Positions 12,590-25,016 of a stretch of DNA of 64,000 nt are shown piece by piece. How positions within the stretch are numbered: the stretch's first letter is position 1; each line of letters starts with the position of its first letter. The notes below the pieces were generated by a model that was not told the DNA's origin, searched no databases, and was given only the letters and a program-made list of their open reading frames with translations. Both the position numbers and the translations under genes were made by a program. The DNA comes from Octopus sinensis (lineage: Eukaryota): contig NC_043018.1 of assembly GCF_006345805.1 (NCBI RefSeq), positions 3,968,001 through 4,032,000 of the forward strand. Direction: 5' to 3'.

Positions 12590-15500
12590 TGATGAAAATC
12601 ACGGAGAGGATCATAGCCCAACTAATTAGGAAAAGACTTAATCTAGATGAGATGCAATTTGGTTTTGTATCAGGAAGAAACACCAGTCATGATATATTTC
12701 TGGTAAGAAACCCCAGGAGAAGTACCTAACCAAGTATAAACCTATGTACTTGACTTTTGTTGGTATCATAATCATTCAGGTAATAACAGATGAATATAAA
12801 AGGACAGACCCTAGCAACTCCTCTATGCTGATTACAGGATTACAACTAAACACACATATATTACAATTTATTACATTACATTCAATTCGCCATATATTAT
12901 TCCTTTTATTATCCATCATCTTTCCTTCACATTTCAGATATACTGAAGACCCTTTATTCATTGCTTCAGACTGCGTAAAATATTGGTGAAAGCAAACAGT
13001 TGTCAGACTTATTTATGACAAAAAGCGAGTCAGTATGACCAACGTACCCTGTCCTGCACCTGATTGTGCCATGAGTTGGCCTGTAAACAATCCATGGGAG
13101 AGAGTACTGACAAGCCTCATCGATCATCTGCAACAATGACACAGAATGTATGCACCTGCCACCGACAACAAATACAACCCCCTCCTCCAACTACACTACC
13201 ATTCCCAGCCACTGAGGAAAAACGTTGTCGCCTGAGGAAGTTGCTGCTACAATAGTACAGCTCCAGCACATTCAACGTGTGCAACCATCGGCAATTCTCC
13301 AAGATGTCTGACCAACCGATCCGCTTAATGCTAAACCAGTCGCCCACCATACGCCCATACCAGTCCTGGTTCATTGGCAAGAGGAAGTAAAAGCAGGTCT
13401 CAACCGGAATGTTCCTCTTGGAGTTATCAAGCCTATAACCATTGGTACATCTATCACTTGGTGACAGACAATGGTGGTATGTCCTAACAGGTCTGGAAAA
13501 CCATCTTAAAGGAGCATCGAATGGCGCACAGGCACATAACACTGCCCTATCAGCTATGAGCTGACATTGTACCTTCTTCCACAATTGGGGAGAATCGCCG
13601 CCATTGCATTTCCCCATGACAACTGCCACGCCAAAGTCGGTATTGAGACAATAAAGGGCCTCGTTACAGACAACAGACACCAATGGCTTCCTTAACACTG
13701 ACAGTTTCCAGTGCACAATGCTACAATAAAGAAATACACCTGACTGGGACACACACTTGTCCCCAGCCATGTGCATCTTTGGCAGCCCTATACAATACTT
13801 TATTCCCATCCATCCCGGCAAGTACAAGCTACATTCCACATGGCATGAAACTATGACTTATTGAAAACAAGACCTGCGTAAACACAACATGAGTGTTACT
13901 GAACGGTTGTCAAAACACACATGCTCACTTCTTTCGAACTATGTCCTAATCCAGAGCCAAGTTTGACCCAATCCTACAAATGGGGGAAAACTGGTGCCAT
14001 TTAGATGTACATTCATTGATCCGTACATGTTGAGAGTGGATGGATCAGGCCAAGTCACACTGTACAACAAAATTCCTCTGGAAGTATCTACTGCTTCTTC
14101 CCCACGCCCCACTGCTCATGGTGTCTGGACCACCTGCGTTCCCTACGCCAACACCAGTGATGAGACTACCTTCTCAACCGACTTTAACAGCACCTCATGC
14201 AGCTGCAACACCAATGCCCACTTCCCAACTCCAAAATTACCATGACCAGAAATGCATCTCACCACCTACCCACAGAGCGACGCCAACTTACCCCACCTTT
14301 ACCACAAGTGGTCATACCCCAATACCCCTTGAAACCCCTGCTTTCAAAAGTGACCCTTGCCTGATGCAGTTTATCCTCCATCCAGCAATTGTCCTGTTTG
14401 TCGCTCTGCCAGACTCGCAAAGACTGACACAAAAGCCTGATGCACAACTGACACGTTGCTCCTTGATCGTCACACCGTCAATATTGATTAAGGGTCTCTT
14501 GCACTAATTATTATTTTCGTTAATCATTTAATACATATTATTAGTCTTCTTTGCTTCTCTCAAAGGAATTGGGGAGGGCATAGAGGATGACAACTGAACA
14601 CTCATATATTATCATTTATTACATTACATTCAATTAGCCATACATTATTAGTTTCATTATCCAAATATTTTCCTTCACGTTTCAGGTATACCGAGGACCT
14701 TTTTTTTCATTGCTTCAATCAGTGTACATAAAGTGTTTGTGAAAGCAAAGAGTTTTCACACTTATTTACTAATGAGCTTCTTCTTATAGCTAAATCACTA
14801 CCAGAACTAGAGAACAAATTGTGCGTACAGAAGCAAGGTCTAGAATTGAAAGGTCACAGAATTAACCTACCCAACCCTAACCCAAAGTCTTAGTAAGTAG
14901 GAAAACTGATAAATCGTAAAGCCCTTCAGGTACATGCCCATCCTCAATATGAAGGAAATAGGTAGGTAGATGTACTCTGTATAACACATAATAGGTGTAG
15001 CAATATCAGAGGAAGGTAAACTGGGAAAATATATTTTGTATGTGGAAGGTGCACATGTACAGTAAACACTAAAAGTGTACAGAAAATGGGCTTCATCAAA
15101 TACCAGAGGAGTACGATAAAGATTGTTGAGCAACAAAGTCAGTAGCAGAGGTGGATGAGTGTGGCTGCAAGAATAAAAATAGGCTGAGCAAATTCAGAGA
15201 GCTCCTTCCTCTGTTTGGTAACTAAGGGTCTCTCCTTCAGAGTGAAAGCCAGATTTATTATACCTGTGCAGACAACTATGCTACATGGCAGAAGAAGCAG
15301 ACATAAGAAGGCATTGGACAAGGTGGTAATGCATGATCTTTGACTGTTGAAACTTATAAAGGCAATGACTAATGACCGACACCTTTCATGACATGCCGTG
15401 CCTTAGAAGACAATATATTGTAATTAATTCCCATCAATTTTTTTCACAACCCCTGCCCACAACACTCATGGAGTGCTTGATGTTAAGAAGGGCATCCAGC

Positions 15501-15612
15501 CATAGAAACAATGACAAATCAGACTGGAGTCTGCTGCAGACCCTCAGCTTACCAGCTCTGATGAAACTGTCCAACCCAAGCCAGCATAGATAATGGACAT
15601 TAAATGATGATG
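12590..15612 (+). mobile_element. Degenerate RTE LINE (12590-12762 and 14775-15612) split by an LTR element
   Basis: The LDEMQFGFV segment before the insert and the DLALIA/PHD/AARIRI segments after it match the RTE copies at 40-42 kb and 56-57 kb. Ends in a (GAT)n-like tail. Confidence 0.65.
12763..14772 (+). mobile_element. Degenerate, internally deleted Gypsy LTR retrotransposon (integrase relic)
   Basis: Diverged direct repeats at ~12868-13020 and ~14617-14772, with a purine tract AAAGGAATTGGGGAGGG before the second. The internal + strand gives RNTPDWDTHLSPAMCIFG and [10 protein letters not shown], typical Gypsy integrase C-terminal motifs. Confidence 0.7.
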
Positions 15613-16469
15613 ACAATTCTTTTTGTAAAACTTTTGCATTTTATGCTGAACATCTAGTTTAAAGTTAATTTTATACATTGAATTTTCATTTCCAGTGAAA
15701 TCAATTTTAATATTTCAAATTCAAAAATATTTAACAGAATATAATGAGAAACTGAAGCAATTACTACTTCTATATTTGTAAAAACAAAAACAAAAAGAAA
15801 GAAATATAGGAAAATGAGCAAAATTGTGCTAAAGTGAAACTAAGAAACAATACTGTGTAAGGCAAGAGACAACTGTATTTTATGAAAGTACCATATTGCA
15901 TAAACACAAAAAAAAGAAACTATTGCAGAGGGAATTAAACTGAAACAGATATCAACATGACACACACAACCCATGCTAGTATGGATAAAATGATTAGATA
16001 TTTCTGTCGAGAGAAAATTCAATGACAATCTTATGCAACCAACAATAACCTCAAACTTATCAGATTATTGTAGATGAGCAACAACTCAAGAAAACCTGTC
16101 AAATTTCTATGTTCTTACAATGAATTAATTGCAAGTATTTAAGTATGTAGACAACATAATTTCATGTTTTATATGCATCAATACATGTGTAAAAATAAGT
16201 CTCATACCTACGTTCATTTTTCCATCCTAGCATGAGTTTGAAAAATATAAGATTTAATAGTTGGGTAACGTTGTCGTAGCTAATGCTAATTTTCTACTAA
16301 AGGTTTTCTTTTTCTTTCAAAGTGCAGTTGTAACAAATGATACATTTGTACACAAACATGACAAAAGTAAATAGATACCCATTAACACATTGTTTTATGG
16401 TTATTATAACTTGAAGAGGTTTATTTTTTTTATTAATTGACATTTATATGTTTCAGGTTCTATATGTAA

Positions 16470-17465
16470 CTGTTTAATCATGCCATGTACAAAAGAAGCC
16501 TTAAAAATGTCCAATTTACAAAGAGGCCATATGCTGCGCCTATTTCAAGGCTGACTTAGCCTAAAACCACAGAAAACATTGTGATTCCACTTTCTACAGT
16601 AAATAGAGTAATTTTTCAATTCACTAAACGGGAAAGTAGTCCATATCACCTTACCCAGGTAGACTAAGGCCCTCTGACAGAACACTTTGCTTTCTTAAGA
16701 GAAGTGTGTAAGATAATCCTCATTGCAAGGCCTCCAATATAGCAGAATAAGTTGATGTCAGTCCCAGAATAGCTGTCAGTTATCTCTGCAAAATTGGCTA
16801 TTATGGCAGAGCAGCAAGAAAGAAGACACTGCTTCGACCAGCCAATATCAAATGGAGAAAAGATTGGACAAGTGGGTAGAGAGGTCACTACACTTTGGGA
16901 CACTGTCAAATTCTCTGATGAATCCAGATTTGCTGTATTTTCTGACACTGGTCGAATGTGGGTCTGGAGAATCAGTCACCAATATTTTCACGTGAATATA
17001 TTGCAGCCAACAATGAAACATGTGATGGTCTGGAGAGCAGTTTGGAGCAATAGTCAATCAGAAATGGTGGAATGTGAGGGATACATAAACTCAGATAAAT
17101 GTGTCCATATTATAGAAAAATCTTCTTCCTATAACCTCCAGGGGTAAAATGATTAAATAACACTATTTATGGAAGATAGGGCTTTCTTGCACAACTAAAA
17201 GACCCAGGATTGGTTGGAAGAGAATGGCATTAAAAAGCTTCCATAGCTAAGCCAATCACCAGATATGAACCCTACTGAACACCTCTGAGGCATGATGGAT
17301 GGGATACCTCCTAAAAGAAAAAGAAAGCATCCTTAAAGCCAGATCTTTTGATATTACTGCAAGAAACTTGGCAAGAAAATCATGAAGAGAATATTCATCA
17401 GATCAGTAGCATGCCTGCTAGGGTCCTTGCATTTTTGAATGCAAGGACCTGTCTACTAAATATTA
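16470..17465 (+). mobile_element. Tc1-family transposase pseudogene
   Basis: WDTVKFSDESRF...VMVW...INSDK and downstream SQSPDMNPTEHL are the DD34E catalytic motifs. Frameshifted. Confidence 0.85.
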
Positions 17466-17779
17466 GATATTCACATTATAATAATTAATAAATAACTTAA
17501 ATAAATTTTAACAATTATAAGGATGTCTATTTAATTCTGTCATGTCTACGTAGTTTTTGAAGCAAAACACAATGGAAACATTAATATTAAGACCTTTTCA
17601 AAAATCTCTCTCAAGCTTTTCATGCACACTAAGATTTTATTGACATTCATTCAAATTCACTCATTCCAACATGAACCAATTTTTTCCATCAAAAATTTGT
17701 GATGTTTTCACTGTCTCTAATTTGATCTAGATCCTCTAAGTGTCTCTAATGCATTCATGCCTTAATTTCAATTTGTTGC

Positions 17780-18400
17780 CTAGATTTTTCCTCAGGGCCA
17801 ACTCACCAAACAGAAATTAATGAGAGACCTAATTGCCTTTCATCTTGATCACATAAATACTCCCACATATTTGTGCTCAAATACAGCATGCTCCACACTA
17901 GGAGATTGACAGTTACCCAGTATATGCAAAAATCGAACACACTTGCAGTACTAAACAAGCCATTACTATTGCATTTTCTGGCTTCATGTTTCCCAATTAT
18001 ATCCCAAACTTTTTATCTCTGCAAATGCTTTCATTGAAATCACCAAATATGAAGATTTAAGCAGCAGAAGAACACTGCATAGAAGCTTTTTTCATTAAAG
18101 ATAAAATATTAGTCTTTTTTTCTCTTCAGAGGAACACATGGTTGGAGGGTAGACACTTACTAAGGTAACAAATCTCTTGTTTGACAATGGCAATCTCACT
18201 GACATCAAGGTAATCACTAAATCCAAAGAGTTCATAATCTTAGATGCCAATATTTCACAAACATTCAATGGTCTGTACTCTCTTGCAGTAGCAAGATGAC
18301 ACATAGGCACAGGCTGCAATACTGTGGGACACCTTCCAAGCCAGACCTTTCACTATCCATTCCACATCCCTTCTTGACATTACTCTAAATTATTTTGATT
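17780..18400 (-). mobile_element. RTE-type LINE endonuclease fragment
   Basis: The minus strand gives LMSVRLPLSNKRFVTLVSVYPPTM...FY followed by a GDFNA-like motif. Confidence 0.6.
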
Positions 18401-18749
18401 TTTCAATGAGTATTTTGCACTTTTTGTCAACAGTTACCTATAACATGCATCACATAATTGATATGGTGTATACACACACATGCAATAAGCTTCATATAGT
18501 TCCCATCAACCACTTTCACTAAAAATGCATTTGTTGATCTCTACCTATAGTCGAAGACTCTTGCCCAAAATGCCACACAGTAGAACTAGACCCTAAACCA
18601 TGGCATTGGGAAACAAACATATTTTACATTTGCAAACATATATATCTTATGAAATTGTTCAATATACACAGAGAAACAGGTGTTCAATTTACAAACAGCT
18701 ATGGTTAACTAACAGAAAACTTAAATTAACAAAAAAGTTATGTACTTAC

Positions 18750-19112
18750 ATACAGGTGAAGCTTCGCATGGGGATACTTGTTTTGGTAAAATATACATGT
18801 ATAAACTGTTGTGGTGAGAGTCATTGGCACCCCTATGGGATTGGAAGAATGGACTAGCAAAACTCTTATAAAAAAATTAGCATATTGGTTGAGACAAAGA
18901 GAGTCATTGGGAGTTCATGGAAGTTGTTGACATTGTTCAGAGTTTCTATTTACTAGAGTATTGTGTTTAGTGGAGTAATCTGAAGTAGGTTGTGTGAAGA
19001 CAGTTGTGTCTATCCCTGCTTCGTGAAATTTGCATATCCAACATATAGAAGGATATAAAATAAACAAAAGTTCGCATGTAAACCAATAAGTGTAATCATT
19101 CATTTGTTAACC
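18750..19112 (-). pseudogene. Indel-disrupted first coding exon resembling OSTM1 (signal peptide plus first Cys-rich helix); tentative
   Basis: Acceptor tttttactttcag at 19113 and donor gtaagt at 18749-18744. Frames give a signal-like MITLIGLHANFCLFYILLYVGYA and EQCQQL...NQYANFFI..LVHSSNPIGV, comparable to recalled human OSTM1 ECRELL...SAELTGCLVRSARPVRLC. No single frame is open. Confidence 0.4.
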
Positions 19113-20089
19113 CTGAAAGTAAAAATGAAAAACATCCTAATAGTAGCGAAAGGAAAATTTTGGCTTTAATATCAGTTCACTACTCTTTATTTGAAGTGAC
19201 AAGCAGCCAAGTATTATACAAATGGAAACTTTTACATGTCTCAGGAAAGATATAAATGCAAGCAATGTGAGACCAACTTTCATTAAAACTACACAAGAAA
19301 TTCATCAAAATTCATTCACAGATTTTATTCTATTAAACTTAAGATGGTGGAGAGGCACAATTGTTAGAGTGTTGGCAAAATACCTTCCAATATTTCTACC
19401 AGCTCTTTATATTCTAGTTTCAAATCCTGTTGAGGCTAACTTTGTTCTCTTCCTTTCATCGTTGATAAAAAAAGTGCAAGTCAAGTAATAAGATCAATTT
19501 AATCAATTAACCACTTCCTCTAAAATTTGAGGCATTCCCCTGTTTTACAAACATGACCAATTAATCAAATGACTTGGGAAAATAAATCTGCATGTTAGGA
19601 AACAGGATAGCTTTCCTGTCATTCAAATATTCGTGAAATTTACAATATACCATAATTTCAGCAATTCACATAGTCATATTGTAAGAGAGTTCATCATCAT
19701 TTCACTAAAGATGCATACACTAATATAGAAACTGATATTAATTAAGAAATCTTAACCATAAACAATATTTTTTATGCTATTTCACCAATGAGCAACTAAT
19801 AAGGCAGAGTTTAAATCCATGCTTCCTTCACCAGTTTATCATATGGCTCTCAATCCATTCAAGCCTTTATTGCAAAACAGCTCAGTTTGCTAATTCTTTA
19901 CAAAGGGCAGTACAGGTGAGAAACATAAAATGGACAAAATGAGTGATGAGTAGCAATAAAAAACATAAGCATCTATCTATTTATCGAGCTATCAAGCAGT
20001 CTATCTTTCTAGGTGTTTGGTAGTTGGTATGTCTATTCTTCTGACTCTATCTATTTCTGTCTATATATTTATCTATGTTACAATCTGCT

Positions 20090-20187
<98 letters not shown>

Positions 20188-20445
20188 TGTACTTGCATAG
20201 CGAGTGGCAAGGTAACAGTCAAGTATACAAATTGAACTGACACATATTACATAAACATACGTTCGCAAGTACATACACATGTACACACACAGACACGTCT
20301 ATTTCTCCTAAATACTCACAAGTACATAAGTACATACATACATGCGTATAGGCATGCGCACATACATGTACACATATACATACATACATACGTACGTACA
20401 TATATATCATGAACTAACTGTTACTTTCTCAGATGCAGCACGGAA

Positions 20446-20592
20446 TTTTGTCAGTGAAGAAGTCGCAGTCTCAAAACAACGAAAATATTTTGACAAATTA
20501 AATTTAAATATTAAAGTGAATCTAACGGTTTTTGTGTGTTTCTTAAATGGCTTATAAACACCTTCCATGCTGCAATTGTTTTCGTTCCAGTA
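20446..20592 (+). mobile_element. Penelope-type pseudo-LTR with degenerate hammerhead motif
   Basis: Homologous to the arms at 45360-45631. Contains TTTGTCA-GTGAAGAA-GTCGC...ACAAC-GAAA-ATATTT-TGACAAA. Confidence 0.55.
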
Positions 20593-20924
20593 CAGCAAAG
20601 TTTACCCTTACTAAATCCAAATTCCTGTCAGCTTTCTCTAATTACACCCAAGGCATAAACAAAAACGAACAAAATAAAACCCGTGATCTTGACACCAAAA
20701 TTAAGAAAGGCCATAACAAATTAAAAAATAGAGAGATTGTATGCTTCTCGACTGACAAATCAGTTAGAATGTCTGTTGACAACTTATCTAATTACATTTC
20801 GAACATGCAACCACACATCACAACAATAACATAAACAACAACACTCGAGTACATTGAAAGCGAAAAAGTCCTTAATGGGGATGTGGAGTATCATTCTCCA
20901 GTCTAATAATAATTTCTTACTTAC

Positions 20925-21025
20925 TTCTTTCACTCTGCAGGACCAATATTCAATAAAAATTTCAATAAAAAACTGAATCTCGCGCCATTCAAATCATACA
21001 GACGACAATCCCACAATGCTTTGCG
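20925..21025 (-). promoter_or_regulatory. Candidate promoter and non-coding first exon with ZNF143/Staf-like motif
   Basis: GACGACAATCCCACAATGC at 21001-21019 resembles ACTACAATTCCCAGAATGC. ATGGCGCG (YY1/E2F-like) at ~20981-20988. Donor gtaagt at 20924-20919. Confidence 0.45.
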
Positions 21026-21539
21026 AAAAGTCAGACACCAATTTTCAGCTGCCATAGTTCCGTATTTCCTCGATGTAAATTAATTCGTAATTCCTTTTTT
21101 GTGTCTGCCAAAAATCCCCGTTTTCGGAAAATTGCCAAAAATCGGCATTGTGAAACTTTGTCCCCGCCTTTCCCCCCAACTTCTTCAGTTTTGACTTTTT
21201 TTCCCACATGTTGACTGCGGCTATGCTGGAGCACCGCCTTTAGTCGAAACAAATCGATCCCAGGACTTATTCCTTGTAAGCCTAGTACTTATTCCATCGG
21301 TCACTTTTTGCCAAGGCGCTCAGCTTCGTCGACATAAACACACCGACATCGGTTGTCAAGCGAATGTGTGTGTGTGGGGGGGGGGTGACTAGCACACACG
21401 CACACTCACACATACACATGAAGATTTCCATATAAGAGATTTGACTGCTGTTTCTAGCATATCCAGATTTCACTGCATTTTTTAGTAGTCCACCCTCCTG
21501 GAAAATGAATAAAACCAGTCGTGTGTATGTGTATATATA

Positions 21540-21674
21540 TGAGTGGCTGTGTGGTAAGTAGCTTGCTTACGAACCACATGGTTCCGGGTTCTATCCCACT
21601 GCATGGCACCTCGAGCAAGTATCTTCTACTATAGTCTTGTGAGTGGATTTGGTAGAAGAAGCCCGTCGTTTATT

Positions 21675-21706
<32 letters not shown>

Positions 21707-21850
21707 AGTGTGCGTATGTATGTCCCCCCCCCCAACATCGCTTGGCAACCGATGCTGTGTTTACGGCAAAAGAGACCGATAGAATAAGTACTAGGCTTAC
21801 AAAGAATAAGTCCTGGGGTCGATTTGCTCGACCAAAGTCGGTGCTCCAGC
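21540..21850 (+). mobile_element. CORE-type SINE, with an opposed partial copy at ~21209-21400
   Basis: Same family as 5563-5962. Confidence 0.75.
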
Positions 21851-22799
21851 AAAAAAGAGAGAAAAACACGTTTTCACTCTCTAAATATCGATTTCTTTCA
21901 TAAACAACTAAGTTGATTTGTTATTGGACTCCTAGACTGAACAATTGCATGATCTTGTATGGATCTGAGAGTAATTTGACTGCTATTTCTAGCCACCCAA
22001 CGTTAGCCTTGTTAATCATGTGAAAACTAAAGAACTGAAAGTTATTTTAACAGTTGACAAACCAAATTCTAGTCAAGAACTCGTTTAAAAATTGCTGAGC
22101 CTTAACAGAAACCATTAACATTTGAAGTTATAGACTTTTTTTTTAAAGGTGTGTGTGTGTGAATGTAGGTGGTAGAAAGAGGTCTCTGGTTTAAGAATCA
22201 ATATATTTATCCCAATACATCATAATTGACACAAAACTTAAGAAGATAAATGGTTTATGAAAAACAATAGTTGAGCATTTTCAGAGAGATTTTAATCCAG
22301 TCAACACAAGGCCCGCAATTTTAGGTGGGGAAAGGTTAGAAGATACCATCGACCCCAGTACTTAACTTGTACTTAATTTTATGAACTCCAGAGAAGAGGG
22401 CTGAAGGGTAAAATTGACTACAGCCGAATTTGAACTGAGATTGTATAGAACCAGAAGAAAGCATTTAGGGGCTAAAGAAGTTAGCTCTTCGTTTTTACCT
22501 GACCTGATAAGAATAGTAAACAAATCTACTAGAAATCAGATCTGACCATCTTGTAATGTTGTCAGGTATAATGCACACTGCCTTAGAAAATACTAATCCT
22601 GAAAAATAAGCGGAGGTTAAGTACAGTTGGGGACCTTTAAAGGCCTTGCCCAATCGAGTGTGACTGAGGGTTAATCAGAAAAATATCTTTTATTAAAATT
22701 AGCTTTAATTATAGGTCTGTATGATCAGGGACAACTTGGAGGAAAGTGGAAAAACAATAACAAACAACAACAACAATATTAATAATAATAATTTCTTGC

Positions 22800-23627
22800 C
22801 TTTTCCTCATGCTTTAACCAATCTTGGTCAACCCAATAAAGTGATAGGTTTCGATTTACTTGAAATTCTCTAAACAGAGCCGGAGGCATGAACGAGTCTA
22901 AAAACACTTCTGAATCAACAACAAGTTTAGCAGCGAAGTCTTTGAATTCCATTTTAGATGTCGGACATTTCTGGAAAAGAAAGACTAGGTTGTGTGGAGA
23001 AATCTCACTTGAAACAACGGCACTGTGTTTTCTGGAAGACCGAATACTACTCCTTCCGATCTTCCTGACAGGAGATGTGATGTCTGGACTTTCCCAATGG
23101 AAGTCGTAGACAGCGTAGGATAAAGTCCTTTTCAAACATTCAGCTGCTGATGGAGTGTTTGACTTCCTCCTTTCGGAAGAATCTCCACTGTTGACCTTGC
23201 TGTCAACTTTACTCCCTGATTGGGTCGGCGCGCTGGAACCATCACCTTCGAACTCTCTTTGTAATTCTTTTTCGAATTCTTCGAAATGTCTAAGTTTGAA
23301 ATCGTTGAATTTGTGATGTTCAGTCTTACCGGTAAGTTTTCCAGAATCAAAAAATTTATAACCCCACTGGAGCGATGCCTGTTTTCGTTTCAAATACACG
23401 ATCTGTTGACTCTGTTCCTTTAAGTTTTCGGCCGAACAGTCATTCGGATCTTTACACTGGTTACTATTACCAACTAAATGATTAACAGCACGCTTAAACG
23501 ACTGTTTAAATTTGAACTGATATCCCTAGCAGAGCTTGAGGTGTCGTGATCTGAAGTAACATGAGGTTGAATCTGTGAAAACAGATAAGAAAGAATACGA
23601 AATGATGAGGCAGATATGGATTTCCAT
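22800..23627 (-). CDS. TICRR: Treslin (TOPBP1-interacting checkpoint and replication regulator) N-terminal coding exon; first ~60 codons indel-disrupted (pseudogene copy or consensus error)
   Basis: The open frame 23525-22779 contains WGYKFFDS, DFKLRHFEEFEKEL, DFHWESPDITSP, NLVFLFQKCP and LSLYWVD. These are collinear with recalled human Treslin WAFKFFDS, DFRELGSRSWEDFEEEL, DYQWDRPEITSP, NAVFLLAPCP and ITFYWVD. Probable donor AAG|GCAAGA at 22800/22799. Confidence 0.85.
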
Positions 23628-23837
23628 GTGTATGATTTCGGTGGATGAATTTCACAGATTCACAAAAAAAGCTAAATGTTTTACTGTAACACATAATGCT
23701 TGTTACCAAAAGAAAAAGTCTTTAATGACTAGTATAAGATATTTAAATATGAAAAAGTTCTTAATAAAAAGACTAAGAAATATTAATAGTGAAATAGCTC
23801 TTAACTATTAGTGTGAAAATTAGATGAAAAGCATTAC

Positions 23838-24035
23838 CTTGAAGAGCAGAGGTTTCAGTAAATTGTCAAATTGCTTTTCTTTCTGCAAGCAACAACCAAT
23901 GTAAACAAGAGCCAACTGCTTCCCAATCGCTCAATTTTTCTCCTTTTTACGATATCTAGTAGCAATTTCCTCCTTGGGTTTGTTCAGCTTCTTATCTTTT
24001 CTCAAGCTAAACCAGTCACCTTATTTCCCGCCTTG
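23838..24035 (-). promoter_or_regulatory. Candidate TICRR promoter/5' UTR exon with an E2F site and two CCAAT boxes
   Basis: TTTCCCGCC at ~24024-24032. CCAAT at 23896-23900 and 23923-23927. Donor AAG|gtaatg at ~23838. Confidence 0.5.
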
Positions 24036-24351
24036 TAACTGGACTCAGTAAAGTAAAAAGCAGAACCGAAAGGCAGCATACATTCTTGCCAGCTATGCCC
24101 TACACTTTAACAATTATATATAAATATATATCTACACTGCTGAAATATTACCCTCGCATGCTGTCAAGAGTTGAGGCTGCTTCCAGTGAAGATTAAAAGA
24201 AAAAGATCTCTCGATATTAATGTCGTTTTGACAGAGAAAGTGGTCTATGTGAATGGCTGGCCAAACAAGCTACCGTTCAATGAAAGTTTCAAAGAGAAAC
24301 TTCCTGAACTTTCATTAATACAAGCATGCCGAGTTCGGATAAAGGGTTGCC

Positions 24352-24628
24352 TTTTTCTGGGAACTAATTGGGATTTATAATATTGTTACTATCGGAAATT
24401 ATTGCTCTCCTTTACGAATTTTCGCTTTACAAGCAATCGTTGGGAACAAATTAACTCGTATATCGAAGCATTCTATATATATATATATAATATATATATA
24501 TATATAGAATGCTTCGATATACGAGTTAATTTGTTCCCAACGATTGCTTGTAAAGCGAAAATTCGTAAAGGAGAGCAATAATTTCCGATAGTAACAATAT
24601 TATAAATCCCAATTAGTTCCCAGAAAAA
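24352..24628. repeat. Perfect palindrome with ~123-bp arms around a (TA)n spacer
   Basis: 24352-24474 is the exact reverse complement of 24506-24628. Confidence 0.9.
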
Positions 24629-25015
24629 TATTTTACCTATAGAACTTATAATAATCGTAACTAAATATCAATAAAACAACAGTGGAATGTAAAGTAAAAT
24701 GACTATCGAGATCATTTATAATAAAAAAAAAAAATTTTAATAGTCTTCTTGAACACTTTTACTCGCCCTAGACTCGCGCACACTACACTTGCAGACACGA
24801 TCGCCTATTCACAAGCATTCGTAGACGGACTTGTAGATTTCTTTTTAAAAAACAAGTTTAAAGTTGTTAGCTTTGTTTCGCTCTCTATAAATTTCTCGAT
24901 AACACGCAGAAGCATTTGTTATGGTAGTAGAAACTTTTGTACTTCGTTCAATATTTAGATCTGGCGCTTGAAAAATAGAATTCGTAAACCCGGGCTCTCG
25001 TAAAGTGAGGTATTA
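24505..25015. mobile_element. Tigger/pogo-like MITE
   Basis: The left end GAATGCTTCGATATACGAGTTAATTTGTTCC and right end CTCGTAAAGTGAGGTATTA resemble imperfect Tigger-type TIRs at a TA site. Confidence 0.45.
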
Positions 25016-25016
25016 T

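Noticed and set aside
13117-13839. 240-aa minus-strand ORF
   Set aside because: It is antisense to the Gypsy integrase relic and has no recognisable domain.
18915-18917. In-frame TGA as selenocysteine or readthrough
   Set aside because: The surrounding exon appears to have several indels, there is no redox motif and no SECIS was seen.
23526-23528. In-frame TAG after the TICRR ATG as an A-to-I (UAG to UIG) recoding site
   Set aside because: Treslin-like N-terminal motifs are spread over three frames, so indels explain the pattern better than a single edited stop.
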